The notes beneath the pieces were generated by a model. The model was not told the DNA's origin. It did not search any database and saw nothing but the letters and a program-made list of their open reading frames with translations. The translations under genes were made by a program, and so were the position numbers. Positions 23,495 through 34,569 of a DNA stretch of 36,945 nt are shown here, one piece after another. Source of the DNA: Rotaria socialis (taxonomy: Eukaryota); contig CAJNYD010000046.1 of assembly GCA_905331295.1 (NCBI GenBank), positions 1-36,945 on the forward strand, written 5' to 3'. Every line of letters starts with the position of its first letter. Positions within the stretch are counted from its first letter, which is position 1.

Positions 23495-24410
23495 GAGGAA
23501 GCCCTTCGAAGTGATGCATGGTTTTCGAGTTGAGGTGTCGTACATATGGTCGATTTCAGTGAGATATGGAAAACACGTGAAAGATGCCTTTCGTTAGTTC
23601 TTCCTTCGAAAGTTATCCTTACGTTATCAAAATTTCAGTGAAATGCCGAGGAAACCTTTGTTGCTGTCGAATTGGTTTTGAGTTTGAGCCCAGTTTGTCA
23701 GATAGATCTTAGTGAAATATAAAAAGCTCGAAATGAACGATGGTTCATAAGTCTTCTGTAGAAAGTTGCAGACATTTTCTTGAATTTTAACTTAGTGTCG
23801 CAGATAGCAGTGAAGTGAATGAGGCTATTTCTATTTGAGATTTCATGAAGAGAGTAATTGACTTATCAGGGAAATGTTCCAAAGGTTTTTTTCAAAAGCA
23901 CATATCTTTTCCAGAGTTTTCAAAGTTCAACAATACCACTAGTGTCTAAAAGAGGATGATGAAATGTGGTATTTTCCGTGAACTTTACCATCCCTAGGAA
24001 ATATACATTCTTGGGAAACAAACCTTTTGGGACATTTCCCTAAGTCAATTCTTCTCTTCATGAAACCTTAAATAGAAATAGTCTCATTCAATTCCCTGAT
24101 ATCTGCGACACTAGGTTAAAATTCAAGAAAATATCTGCAACTTTCTACAGAAGACTTATGAGCCATCGTTCATTTCGAGCTTTTTATATTTCACTAAGAT
24201 CTAACTGACAAATAGGGCTCAAACTCAAAAACAATTCGACGACTACAAAGGTTTCCTCGGCATTTCACTGAAATTTTGATAACATAAGGATAACTTTCGA
24301 ATGAAGAACTAACAAAAGGCATCCTTCAGGGGTTTTTCATATCTCACTGAAATCGACCATATGTACGCACCTCAACTCGAAAACCATGCATCACTTCCAA
24401 GAGGTTCCTC
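23495..24410. repeat. Long inverted repeat (~390-bp arms, ~130-bp spacer)
   Basis: 23495-~23888 is the slightly diverged reverse complement of ~24020-24410. Confidence 0.92.
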
Positions 24411-24672
24411 ATCAGATGAGTATGATTCGGAAAGTTTCATACGAAACCATGTGTACGAAACCTTTTGAGCAGAATTTCACAGAGGTTTCGTACTGAACCA
24501 TGTGTACGAAACCATTTTTTCCATTTATCAAGAAGAAGTTCCATACGGAACCTTTTTTCTACGAAACCTAAAAAGGATCTGACCGTGTGCCCGCGCTCAG
24601 ATCCTTTTTTGGTTCGGTGGAAAACCTATTTTTTTTACAGTGTATAAACATAGTTTTCTTTTTTGTATTGTC

Positions 24673-24713
24673 ATTCCTGATGATGATAGGAGATACCTAT
24701 CGAAAGCTCGAAT
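24673..24713 (+). ncRNA. Minimal type I hammerhead ribozyme (Penelope/Terminon pLTR-type)
   Basis: ATTC [stem I] CTGATGA T GATAGG-agata-CCTATC [6-bp stem II] GAA AGCT [palindromic stem III] C | GAAT [stem I']. Confidence 0.78.
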
Positions 24714-25163
24714 AAATAAATGTGATTTTTGTTAAAAATCAAGTAATGTTCTTCGTAGCAGTCTTATACTCATTATTTTCTTATTAAAATCATAACCGAG
24801 CGATTTTACTTGCTAGGGTCAAGCTTTTATGATCGTATTTTCTTAGTCCAGTTTTGCTTCAGTTGTCAGTTAACAAACGCTGATGGAAACTCGATCGAGT
24901 GCGCAACAAGAACTTGAGAGCACAAATGGATATCTCAGCGATAACAATACAGTAACATATACCTTTTTCGTTCTTTCAGCGATTTTCTGTTTATGGCATC
25001 TCTTTTCTGAAAAGACGGGTGTAGAACAGAAAAACATTTATTTCTCTGCCTATCCGACGAAGTCAATCGGAAAACAGAACGTTTCGAATAGTTCAGTTTA
25101 CAGGATTTCTTGATTACTAACATTGATCGAGGGTGATCGACAATGTGGAATCCGACTCCGACT

Positions 25164-25217
25164 TGGGGGTGTAGGTGGGTGTGGGTAAGAGCAAGAGTGA
25201 CACCCACACCAACACCC
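25164..25217. repeat. Head-to-head telomere-like GGGTGT / ACACCC cassette (degenerate)
   Basis: GGGGGTGTAGGTGGGTGTGGGT ... CACCCACACCAACACCC. Confidence 0.65.
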
Positions 25218-26081
25218 GCTGATGACATGTTAGCATCCCACATTAACGCCTAAATCCTTATCCTCACATCTCGAATCAAAATATTAACAAGTTACATGCT
25301 TAAGTCATCTTTAAAAATCATAGCTTATTAATTTAAATTTATTTTAGGAGAAAAATATTTTTGAAATTATTTTTAGACCAGGAGGCCCAAAAAATCTAAC
25401 GCAGCATTTTATTCTTTATCTCACTATCTCTATCTAGCTATATCAAAAAAAAATCGTCGATCAATAGAATTTTGCGCAAATTTTGAGTCACAGACTTGTT
25501 AAAAAGTTTAACCGGAACGAGAAACATGAAACATACGAACCTTGTGTTAACGAAAAATATGCTATTTTTCAGATCGAGATTGGAAAGAAAAAGCAACTGC
25601 TTTTCAACTTTATAAAAAAAAGAAAATGATGACTGCACACGAACTTTACTTTCACAGTCACTCAGCATTTGCTTTTATTGGTGAAGCTGATTGATTTTAG
25701 AGCAAACAAAAATAACGTTGCATCAGTACACCTTCATTTTTACATTCAAACTATGATCTTGCAAATAAATAAGACCAAGAAAAAAAGATTTTTCTTCAGA
25801 CGAAAAGATTCCTTGCCGCTTCGATGAATTTTTCATTCGCAAGCAATCTATTGTAACGAAGTAATCATTAACCATATTGCTTTCTAATGATTAATATTTC
25901 TTGTTGACTTAAAGAGTAGCAGCCTGAAAAATTATTTTTTCTATTCGGTGTAGCATACGAATAAAGCATCGAATATATTTAACATAAGCTCAAGAGTGAA
26001 TTCTTCCGGTGATGCTTCTGGCAAAAGCAGCTAGGATTAAGCATGTACGAAAAGGTATAAGAGTAATTTCTGCACTACAAA

Positions 26082-26230
<149 letters not shown>

Positions 26231-26603
26231 NGTGTCCATCATAGAAATATATAGATTTTTCAGGGTTGTCAGCTGTTCAGGTCCCAAATGGTGTGCACGT
26301 CGGGTACAACTCAGTTATAAATGGGGTACATTTGTGAGGTACGCAGTTTATATCTTTCACACTGGTCATCGGCGGCAGAAATCAATTTCGAAAACTAATT
26401 AGTTTCAATCTGGACAGGGCATTCTCAGTTTTTCTTTTTACTATAAAGCCTAGCTTTCAAATTGAAATCTTTATTTTCTAATAAATATGTTCACAATAAA
26501 ATTTCATTTTGACATACATCTATTCAACTCAATCACAATAAAACAATGTTTCCTCGAAGCAAACCTTCTCGATTTATATTTACATTAACTGTTGCATTGT
26601 TTT

Positions 26604-26779
26604 TGGGTGTGGGTGTGGGTGTGTGGGTGTGAGGGTGTGAGGGTGTGAGTGTGGGTGTGGGTGTGAGGGTGTGGGTGTGGGTTTGAGGGTGTGGGTGTGG
26701 GTGTGGGTGAGAGTGTGACTCTGACAGTAACTCTTACTCTGAAGTGCACACCCAACCACACCCACACCCACACCCACAC
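26604..26779. repeat. Interstitial telomere-like array (mixed TGTGGG/TGAGGG) followed by an inverted (CACACC)n array
   Basis: ~110 bp of G-rich hexamers, a ~35-bp spacer, then ~5 C-rich hexamers. Confidence 0.85.
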
Positions 26780-27401
26780 TAAACTCAAATGACATCGATC
26801 AACTTGTTTCATCGACTCCGAGAATTCAAACTTTTTATTTGCAAACGATGTGTCACACATCAATCATAAATTTGTTGAATGTTGTAATTAAACAGTTGCA
26901 AGATTTATCTAAATTCAATTGTCATATCGAAGAACGCTTAAGCAAAGAGGAGAGAAGATATGACCTAACTGATATTCATCGGCTTCATTCGTCCTTTCAT
27001 CGCATAAAAACCTATGAAGAAGACGATAAGTCTCGAACTTTTGCTACCGAATAGCTTGATGCTTTTTGTTTTAGCATCTATTTCGTTCCAATAAATGATT
27101 TATCCTTTTCCCATTGCTTATGTATCGATAAAGTGAATTGTACACTATGTATTGTATGAGATTCAAACGTAAATATTTCTCCTTTATAGAAATAGATGAA
27201 ATTCAAGCATTTATTTAATGATACATCAATAGTTAGTCATATTTATTTGTATTATTTTGGAATTGAGAAATTCATGATCGACTATAACTCAATTAAAATA
27301 TAAATACATCAGTCGTAAGTGGAAAAAGAAAGGATAAAAGGTTAAAATAATATAAGTATTATTCCAAGTAATCAGCTGTCGTCACTATTTGCATCCTCTT
27401 C

Positions 27402-27660
27402 CTAATAATCACCGTAACCACCACCACCATCACCTCCGTAACCACCTCCGTAACCACCACCACTATCACCTCCGAAACTAGCACCANCACGCTCATCATG
27501 TCCGCACTCACCATCATCATCATGTCCGTAATCACCCCCATTACCATGTCCGCACTCACCATCATCATCATGTCCGTAATCGCCACCATTACCATGTCCG
27601 TAATCACCACCATTACCATGTCCGTAATCACCACCATTATCACCTCCGTAAACACCACTA
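27402..27660 (-). repeat. Coding tandem repeats (GGDYGHGN / GECGHD / GGGY)
   Basis: 24-bp units such as GGTGATTACGGACATGGTAATGGT. The region contains one N (27487). Confidence 0.8.
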
Positions 27661-30223
27661 TTAGCATCTTCGTAAAAATTTTCATTATTATCAATATTTG
27701 TATTATCTTCATGATAATGAGTATTTTCAACATCTATAGTCAGAGAAACACTTTTTATAGAGAATTTACCCGTTGCACTACCATAGTTCCATTTTCCTTT
27801 GATCTTGAATCCGCCAAACTCATCGCATTTAAGTTTTCCTTTGTATTCAACAGCATGTTTTCCAACGTATTGCTTTTTGAAATTAACATTTCCTTCATTG
27901 TCATAAGTACCAGCTGCTATAAAAACTGCAATCTTATCAACACCTTCACCAAAAACTTTTCCTTCTCTTAAGCTAAAAAGGTCAAAGTGCACAGCAAAAG
28001 ATTTATCACCTTTATAATCCTTTCCACGAACGACACCGCCTTCAAACCGTGTTATTACTTCAGGTTTAGGAGGCTCGTTAAGTTCTTTCTCTTGACGTAT
28101 TTTCTCTTCACGAACTTTCTTTTCAAGAGCTTTCTTAATTATTTTTAAGATAGAATCAAAACAGGAATCAAATTTACTTTCCGTTTTCATATTCAATGTT
28201 TTTAAAGAAGCTATTGCTTTTCCTAGCCATGTGTCCTTAAAACCCTTTTCGTCCTCAAGAAGAACAGGAATAATAGATTTTCCCAATTGCGTAGCATATG
28301 TAAATTCTTTTTGGCAATTAGCACTTTTACTATAAGCGACAGTGTCGAAACTGATAATCATCGCGGCACCTTCAACACCACTAGCCATAGCAGCATTGAT
28401 ATTACCTTTCATATCACCGTCAATATCAAACCAAATCGGGACATCGTTCTCTTTGAGCTTACCGGCTATTTTCTTGATTAATTCTTGACTCTTCCAATTG
28501 TAACTTAGCATAACATGAAACTTTACTGATGATTCATTAACATGTACTTCTAAATGGAAACGGTCTGATTCGTTGTTGTGAGACCATTTTCCCTCAAAGA
28601 TTAATTCAGAATCTTCTGCAGTTATGGTTCCAGAATACTGGATCCCATATTTTCCGACATAATGTTTGCTAAATTCGTATTTTAAATCTTCCGTATCCTG
28701 TAAGCCATTATAAGTTCCTTGAATTACAAAGGGACCAACGTCATCCTTCCCTTCACCAGAAATATATCCATTTACCATACTAAACATTTCAAACTCTAAA
28801 GGAATTTGTTTTCCCGATCGCATATAATAACCTTCAGCAACACTACCATCAACAAGGATATCATCTTGCTCTTCATCTCCAGAGTTGTTCAGATAGGGTT
28901 TTAATTCTTTTATAAGTTCATCAAGCTTTTTGTCAAATATTTTAACATCTGTCATTTCTGTATATAATGCACCAGCACAAATAACACCAAGCCAACCACT
29001 TTGTGTGTAAGGTTTTTGCGCTTTTACAGGAACTATTGGAATATCAGCTTCGTCAACATAGGATAGAACACGTTTTGCCATATCCGATGATTCATATGCT
29101 TTACTCATTAATGGTACAACGACTGCTGCTTTCCTACCTGCTGTTTTTATCATTTCATGAATTTGCAGTCGCGGACAAACAGCACGAATATCTTTCGCAA
29201 TCAATGCATTAGTTATCTTTTGTGCTAAATCATATTGAGATGGACAATAAGAAATCATAACTTTAGTTCCTTTTTTTCGTGAAACTTCTGGCAGTGGTGT
29301 TTGTTCAATATCGCCCGTATATGGTCGTGGAAGAGTTAAATGTATGGAAAATTTATCTTCTACTTTGTCTTCTTTCCATTCTCCCTCTATCACACATTTT
29401 AATTCTTCAAATGAAATCTTTCCTTGATATGTAACGGAATCTTTTCCAACATACTGTTTTTTCATTTCGATAACACCAGATGTACCTTCAAGCTTATATT
29501 CACCAGTAAGAGTAAAAGCTCCATGTTTATCATCTCCTTGACCAAATACGTTTCCCTGTTTCAGACCCAAAAACTAAAAAAAACATTATGCATTAAGTAT
29601 TCATATTCATGCTGATTCAATTTAATAAATACATCAAAATCCACCGGGAATTCTTCGCCCGATTTATGATAACTAGCTTTCACATTTTCCGATTTTGTGT
29701 CGCCCTTAAATAGATATTCGTCTATTGGTTGTGGTTCATTTTTTTCACCTCTTTCAAGAATAAGGTCACTAGTATTGATTTTCATTGATATTAGATTATC
29801 TATAACTTCATCAAAATCATTTGAGCAATATTTTGCAAGAGCCAAAATAGTACCTAACCAGTCTACAGGTTGAAAATCTTTATAAATCTTAATAGCTAAC
29901 ATTGGTACTTTTGTTTGATCAGCATAATTCAATATTTTTGACCCATCTTTTGATTTTTGTAAATCAAGAGATGGGAAAACTAGAACTACAGCAGCATTTT
30001 CAATACCATTTGCAATTTTCGTATTAAGATCTTCCTTTTCTCGAGGAAAATAAACTCTAAATCGCCGTTGATCAAAATAATTTATTAATCTTTCAGCAAG
30101 TGGTGCATCATGCTCATTTTCCATATAGGCAAAGTAGATATGCTTCTTTGGTTTGGTTGGTTGAACTATTGACTTTGGTATTTTGTCTAAAACTAAAATA
30201 TAAACTATTTTATGTAATAACAT
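27402..30223 (-). CDS. Multi-TIR protein: [TIR + beta-barrel-like domain] x3 plus Gly/Tyr/Asp/His-rich tail; 5' end unresolved
   Basis: Two ORFs are joined in phase 0 by a 59-nt intron (29632-29574). TIR_2-type motifs HIYFAY/VMISY/VMLSY...IIPV recur three times, each followed by a G-x-G-x-D...K-x-YVGK...Y-x-G...G-x-W beta domain. An acceptor at 30187 implies an upstream phase-1 exon. Confidence 0.85.
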
Positions 30224-30374
30224 TTCTCTTCACATCTCTTCTGAAAATACAATTTTTTTTAAAATAAAGACACAAGTTTTCGGTCTTATTATCGTCTGAT
30301 TATAAACAGGATTACTATTTGATGCGAAGTTCATTATCATCTGTAATATACTTGCCGAAAGAACAAACCAGTTG

Positions 30375-30650
30375 AATGAATCCGACACCGGATCCTATCG
30401 GATCTCATGGAATCCTGCCAATCGACAGAATACTATGGCATTTCGGGTGACGGACCGACGACGATTCCAATGGAAAAGAGCTATTTTCTTAATTAGAAGC
30501 GATAAGGCATCTGACATCAATAGAACACAAGGGCTATACGCCTCCGTTGGATTCGGTTGAATCCTAATATTAGATTTGACCGAATTCCAATACTAAAGAT
30601 TCGATAGTCCATCCGTTACCCGGAATCCCATAGGAATGATTCTCTTGGGT
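30375..30650. repeat. GGATCCTATCGGA-family repeat between the ART and TIR genes
   Basis: GGATCCTATCGGAT, GGAATCC and GGAATGATT motifs shared with 5815-6005 and 19125-19250. Confidence 0.5.
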
Positions 30651-30993
30651 ACATTTTTGGGCATGATATTTCATTATGTCGAGTTTTTCTTTAGTGAGTG
30701 TCTCCAAGTAGAATATATTTTCCTTTGATCGACTGATTTTTAGTTGAATTATTTGCACAATTCAAGCAAGAATTCAACTAAAGATTTAACATTACTAACT
30801 AGAATTACTGGAGATAAATTCACTTCAACGTTTCAATACTGTACAACAAGAGAAGCTATTTTACTCTAGAGTTGCATCTTGTCTATAGAACTTCAAAACT
30901 CAAAACCTAGGACTGATTAGATAAAAAATAATTGGATCATACTTTCTTTTCGCATCGTGAATTACCAATGTTTATGATCGATAGAACTTACAC

Positions 30994-32330
30994 TTAGCAT
31001 TTGCCTTGTAAATGATAAGTGTGGATTTCATAAAATACTGTCATGTTAGGAAAGATTTTTCTTACTTACTGCTGCTGAATTTTTGTCGTAATTCTAAATT
31101 AATCAAATATCTTTTTTTCTTTTGGTGGAATTTAACACTTTTAACACAAAAACAAACTCCAGGTGTAATGAGTTCTTCCTCCTCTTTTGGATATTTCGAG
31201 TATGGACTTATATCCAGAATAAAACCATCCAACACATCCATTGTGAATAAAGTATTTCCCAGTGCCTTTGCTTTTTCAAGATTGCGTGTGCAAGATGTAT
31301 ACACTTTAAATGATTGATGTGAACTCTTGCTTTTAGCCATTTCTTCATACTGAACAATTTCTTCAGGCTTAATATTAGCACTTCGGTAAATTGTTTTGTT
31401 TTTAGTCAATTCTTTGTTAAATGGGTTATCCAATAACAACAAACAAAATGGACCTAATGTAGGTACTTTGCTTCGCCATTTATTTTCTTGTTTCTGGTCT
31501 CCTACTAATTTCATAGTTTCATTCAATGCGTTGTATAAAAAATTTTTTGATGTGTACAAATAAACACATTGTTTCCATACTTCTTCCTTTCCTTTGTCCT
31601 TGTTTTGTATAAGCGCTGCTACCATCTGCTTAACTTTTTCTTCCTTTTCTATTTTTTTTCCTTCTTCGATAATACCTTGAGCTGCTTTTTCAACAAACAT
31701 TGGTATCATTTCTGGAGTTTTCGAAGGCAAATCGTTTGGTTCAATATTGAGGTATTTTTTTATTTCAATAAAAAACGGAGATGCAGACCCAAAACGAACA
31801 CCTAATAAAGATTCTGCACTAATGGGAAGGCCCAAGAAACGTTCTTCTCTTAAATATTCGGTTTCGTTTAACTGTTCACTTTCTTTTGTATGTTTCTTCT
31901 TGTGGTGATCACTTTCAGACACGGCTTCGTTTAACTGTTGAATTTCTTTTGTATGTTTCTTCTTGTGGTGATCACTTTCAGACACGGCTTCGTTTAACTG
32001 TTGAATTTCTTTTGTATGTTTCTTCTTATGGTGATCACTACTAGACACGGCTTGACTTTTCTGTTGAATTTCTTTTGTTTGCTTCGTCTTCTTGTGATCA
32101 CTGCCAGACACGACTTGTGGTTGATACCCTTGAGGAGTTTCTCCTACGACATATTGCCCGGCGTTGGAATAGTAATGCTGTTCAACTGGCACGGATGTAA
32201 CCCATGGATTCTGACCTGGTTGCTGAGACCAAGCATTAGCGTGTAGCAAATCATTTGTTTGGTAATATGAAAAATCGTCCATGATAATTATTTTGGTTTC
32301 TAATGAGTCTCTAAAAGTGAAACTAGGCAT
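30994..32330 (-). CDS. R-S-E clade mono-ADP-ribosyltransferase (NAD+:arginine ART-like) with N-terminal repeats
   Basis: LYT...LYxxLN helical region, TIYRSA (Arg), YTSCTRN (STS-like) and YPKEEEELI (ExE). Donor GTAAGT at 31069 probably splices to 31004-30994 (…SKC*). Start is at 32330 or 32282. Confidence 0.88.
31864..32114 (-). repeat. 63-bp (21-aa) coding tandem repeat x~4 in the ART N-terminus
   Basis: AVSESDHHKKKHTKEIQQLNE units. Confidence 0.9.
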
Positions 32331-33153
32331 TTATCATTTGGTTTACATGAAATACCGAAACAAATTCATATTTCATCTATCTCAAATGTAGTGATCAACA
32401 TATGCAATTTAATGAAAACATAAATTTGATTTATTGAACGAACTTTCTGAAAATATCTTTGCTTAGCAGTCAATGCCTTGGGAAAGGATGTAAAAATAGA
32501 GAAAAAAAAACAAGAGAAAATTCTAAAAAATATTTTGATTGAACTGGTTTTGGAAAAGTTGTAGTGATCGGTTGTAATACCGACGATAACGAATTTTATG
32601 CTGATTCGCGTCAGACAAGCCGTTAGATAATACCAGTTGCAGCTCTGAATTATCTCACTACATACATTTAGTACATCCATATAAAACTCAAACGCATAGT
32701 GGATGCATCTAGACGCATTAAAATGCAAAATACATGTTCCCACGCGTTCAAATGCGTCTGATAAACTCACCTAGATGGGATTGTACTGTTGAATGCATCC
32801 AGAAGACATCCGATAAATGCATCTAGATGAGACCATACACCTAAACCAGATATATAGCCGGTCAGGTAGTTTTTTGACCGGGCCTGCATCCGGTCTGACT
32901 CAAGCTGGCCGGCCGGTCGATCGACATGTGCTATCAAGCAAATTTGCTCATCCCCAATGTATCATAGCTTCTACTGAATCATTGCAGTGACTTCATAAGA
33001 CTAAACTGAGGAACAAGATACATTTCTGGCGTGTGTCTACCTCCATAAATAACAAATTATGCGAATTAGCTAATAGAAAATAACTCGAGTGTTTCAGAAA
33101 TTGGCGAAAGTTTTCCTCTAAACGCGCTTCTGATCACAAAGAGGCGCCCCGAT

Positions 33154-33920
33154 TAGGGCTGTCAAGGTTCCCGTTCCCTTGGATTCCAGCTCCTGAGGAA
33201 CGGGAACATACCGCAAATTCCTTCAAATGTGTTTCTGAGTACCTACGCGCAACCACGTGGATATATTTTTCAATTTTTATTAGATGAATACGGGTTCCTG
33301 GGTTTCTAAGAACGTAGAACCCGATTGGGTTTGCGTTCCCAACAACTCGGAACCCACTGAAAAAAAAACGTTTCCAATGAAACTTGGATCATCAGATTAT
33401 ATTTAAATATAACTGTCCTGCTAATTTATGTCAATTGACTGTGTGTTCTCGGGCTCCTAGGAATGCGGAATGCACTTGAAACAAAGCCCACTATTGGGAA
33501 AGCCAGAACCCACTCTCAAGTGATTAAAGTCAAGCGCCTTTGATTTAGACGGATCTAAATACGGCTATTTTATGCATTAGCCTAAAACTGCCATGCGTTC
33601 GTGTGTTCCTAGGAACTCGAGAACCCAAAAATTCACAGTCATCTGATATGAAATAATAGAACAATTAAATTCTGAATATAACCCGACGATCGAGATTAGA
33701 TTAAAAGAATTTTTTAGGGGTTTCCGAGTTCTTGGGAACGCGAACCCGACCGGATCCTACGTTTTTAAGAACCCGGGAACCCATAGTCATCTAATAAAAA
33801 TTGAAAAATAGATCCGTATGGTTAGGTGTAGTTACTCAGAAATATATGTGAAGGAATTTGAGGTAGGTTCCCATTCCTCAGGAACTGGAATCCAAGGGAA
33901 CAGGAACTCTGACAGCCCTA
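33154..33920. mobile_element. hAT-like foldback MITE, 767 bp
   Basis: Ends TAGGGCTGTCA...TGACAGCCCTA, imperfect ~320-bp inverted arms (33154-33473 / 33593-33920), repeated GGAAC/GTTCC motifs, no intact 8-bp TSD. Confidence 0.8.
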
Positions 33921-34424
33921 GTAGTCATCTAAGGATCAATATTAGTATGCAAATAAAATTTGTTCTTCGAATGCTCTTCATTGAAAGTGAAGAGCATTAA
34001 TCCCATTACACAGATTTCAGCAATAAAAAAATTTAACTAAGATTTTCTATGTAAGCCTATTTTATTATCGTTAAATTTACTACAAAAGTTCATGCTTATT
34101 CTAGATTATTGATACGGGTATTAGTAACGGTGCTGATATATTGTAAAAATAAAACGCATCATTAGTCTACAAAAACTGAGAGAGAAATAAATACCTACCT
34201 ACCAAATGAGAACAAGATACGTTAGGTGTGTAATATGAATTGGTAAGCGCCTTATTATATGGATTATTGTGGGTTTTTCCCCTTTTCTTTCAACATAAAT
34301 TACTTAAATCAACCAAGTGTAACTGCTTTTTATTGCATATATTCATTTTTTTCATATTAATACCTGTAATTTTATGTTTAATACGTGCACTCGTGCTGTA
34401 CTTTCTCGATTCTTTAATGGGATT

Positions 34425-34569
34425 TGGGTGTGGGTGTGGGTGTGGGTGTGGGTGTGGGTAAAGACAAGATCCACACCCACATGCACAAGCACACCCACAT
34501 GCACAAGCACACCCACATGCACATGCACACGCACACCCACACCCACACCCACACTCACACCCACACCCA
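34425..34569. repeat. Head-to-head telomere-like (TGGGTG)n ... (CACACC)n cassette with 18-bp variant units
   Basis: 5-6 G-rich hexamers, a 12-bp spacer, CACACCCACATGCACAAG x2, then (CACACC)n. Confidence 0.85.

Larger units (their letters stand above)
20984..24642. mobile_element. Complete non-autonomous CMC/EnSpm-like (CACTG) DNA transposon, 3659 bp, TA target duplication
   Basis: 16-bp perfect TIR CACTGTAAAAAAAATA at both ends, TA on both flanks (20982-83, 24643-44), many subterminal TACGAAAC/GTTTCGTA motifs in both orientations, no transposase ORF. Confidence 0.88.

Noticed and set aside
26580..26863. HP/HT/VW dipeptide ORFs (also 34240-34648 and 24935-25243)
   Set aside because: These are translations of telomere-like hexamer repeats.
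27359..27971. Alternative-frame and antisense ORFs over the TIR tail
   Set aside because: Shadow ORFs of a stop-poor repetitive coding region.
33146..33928. 8-bp target-site duplication for the hAT-like MITE
   Set aside because: The flanks GCCCCGAT and GTAGTCAT do not match.
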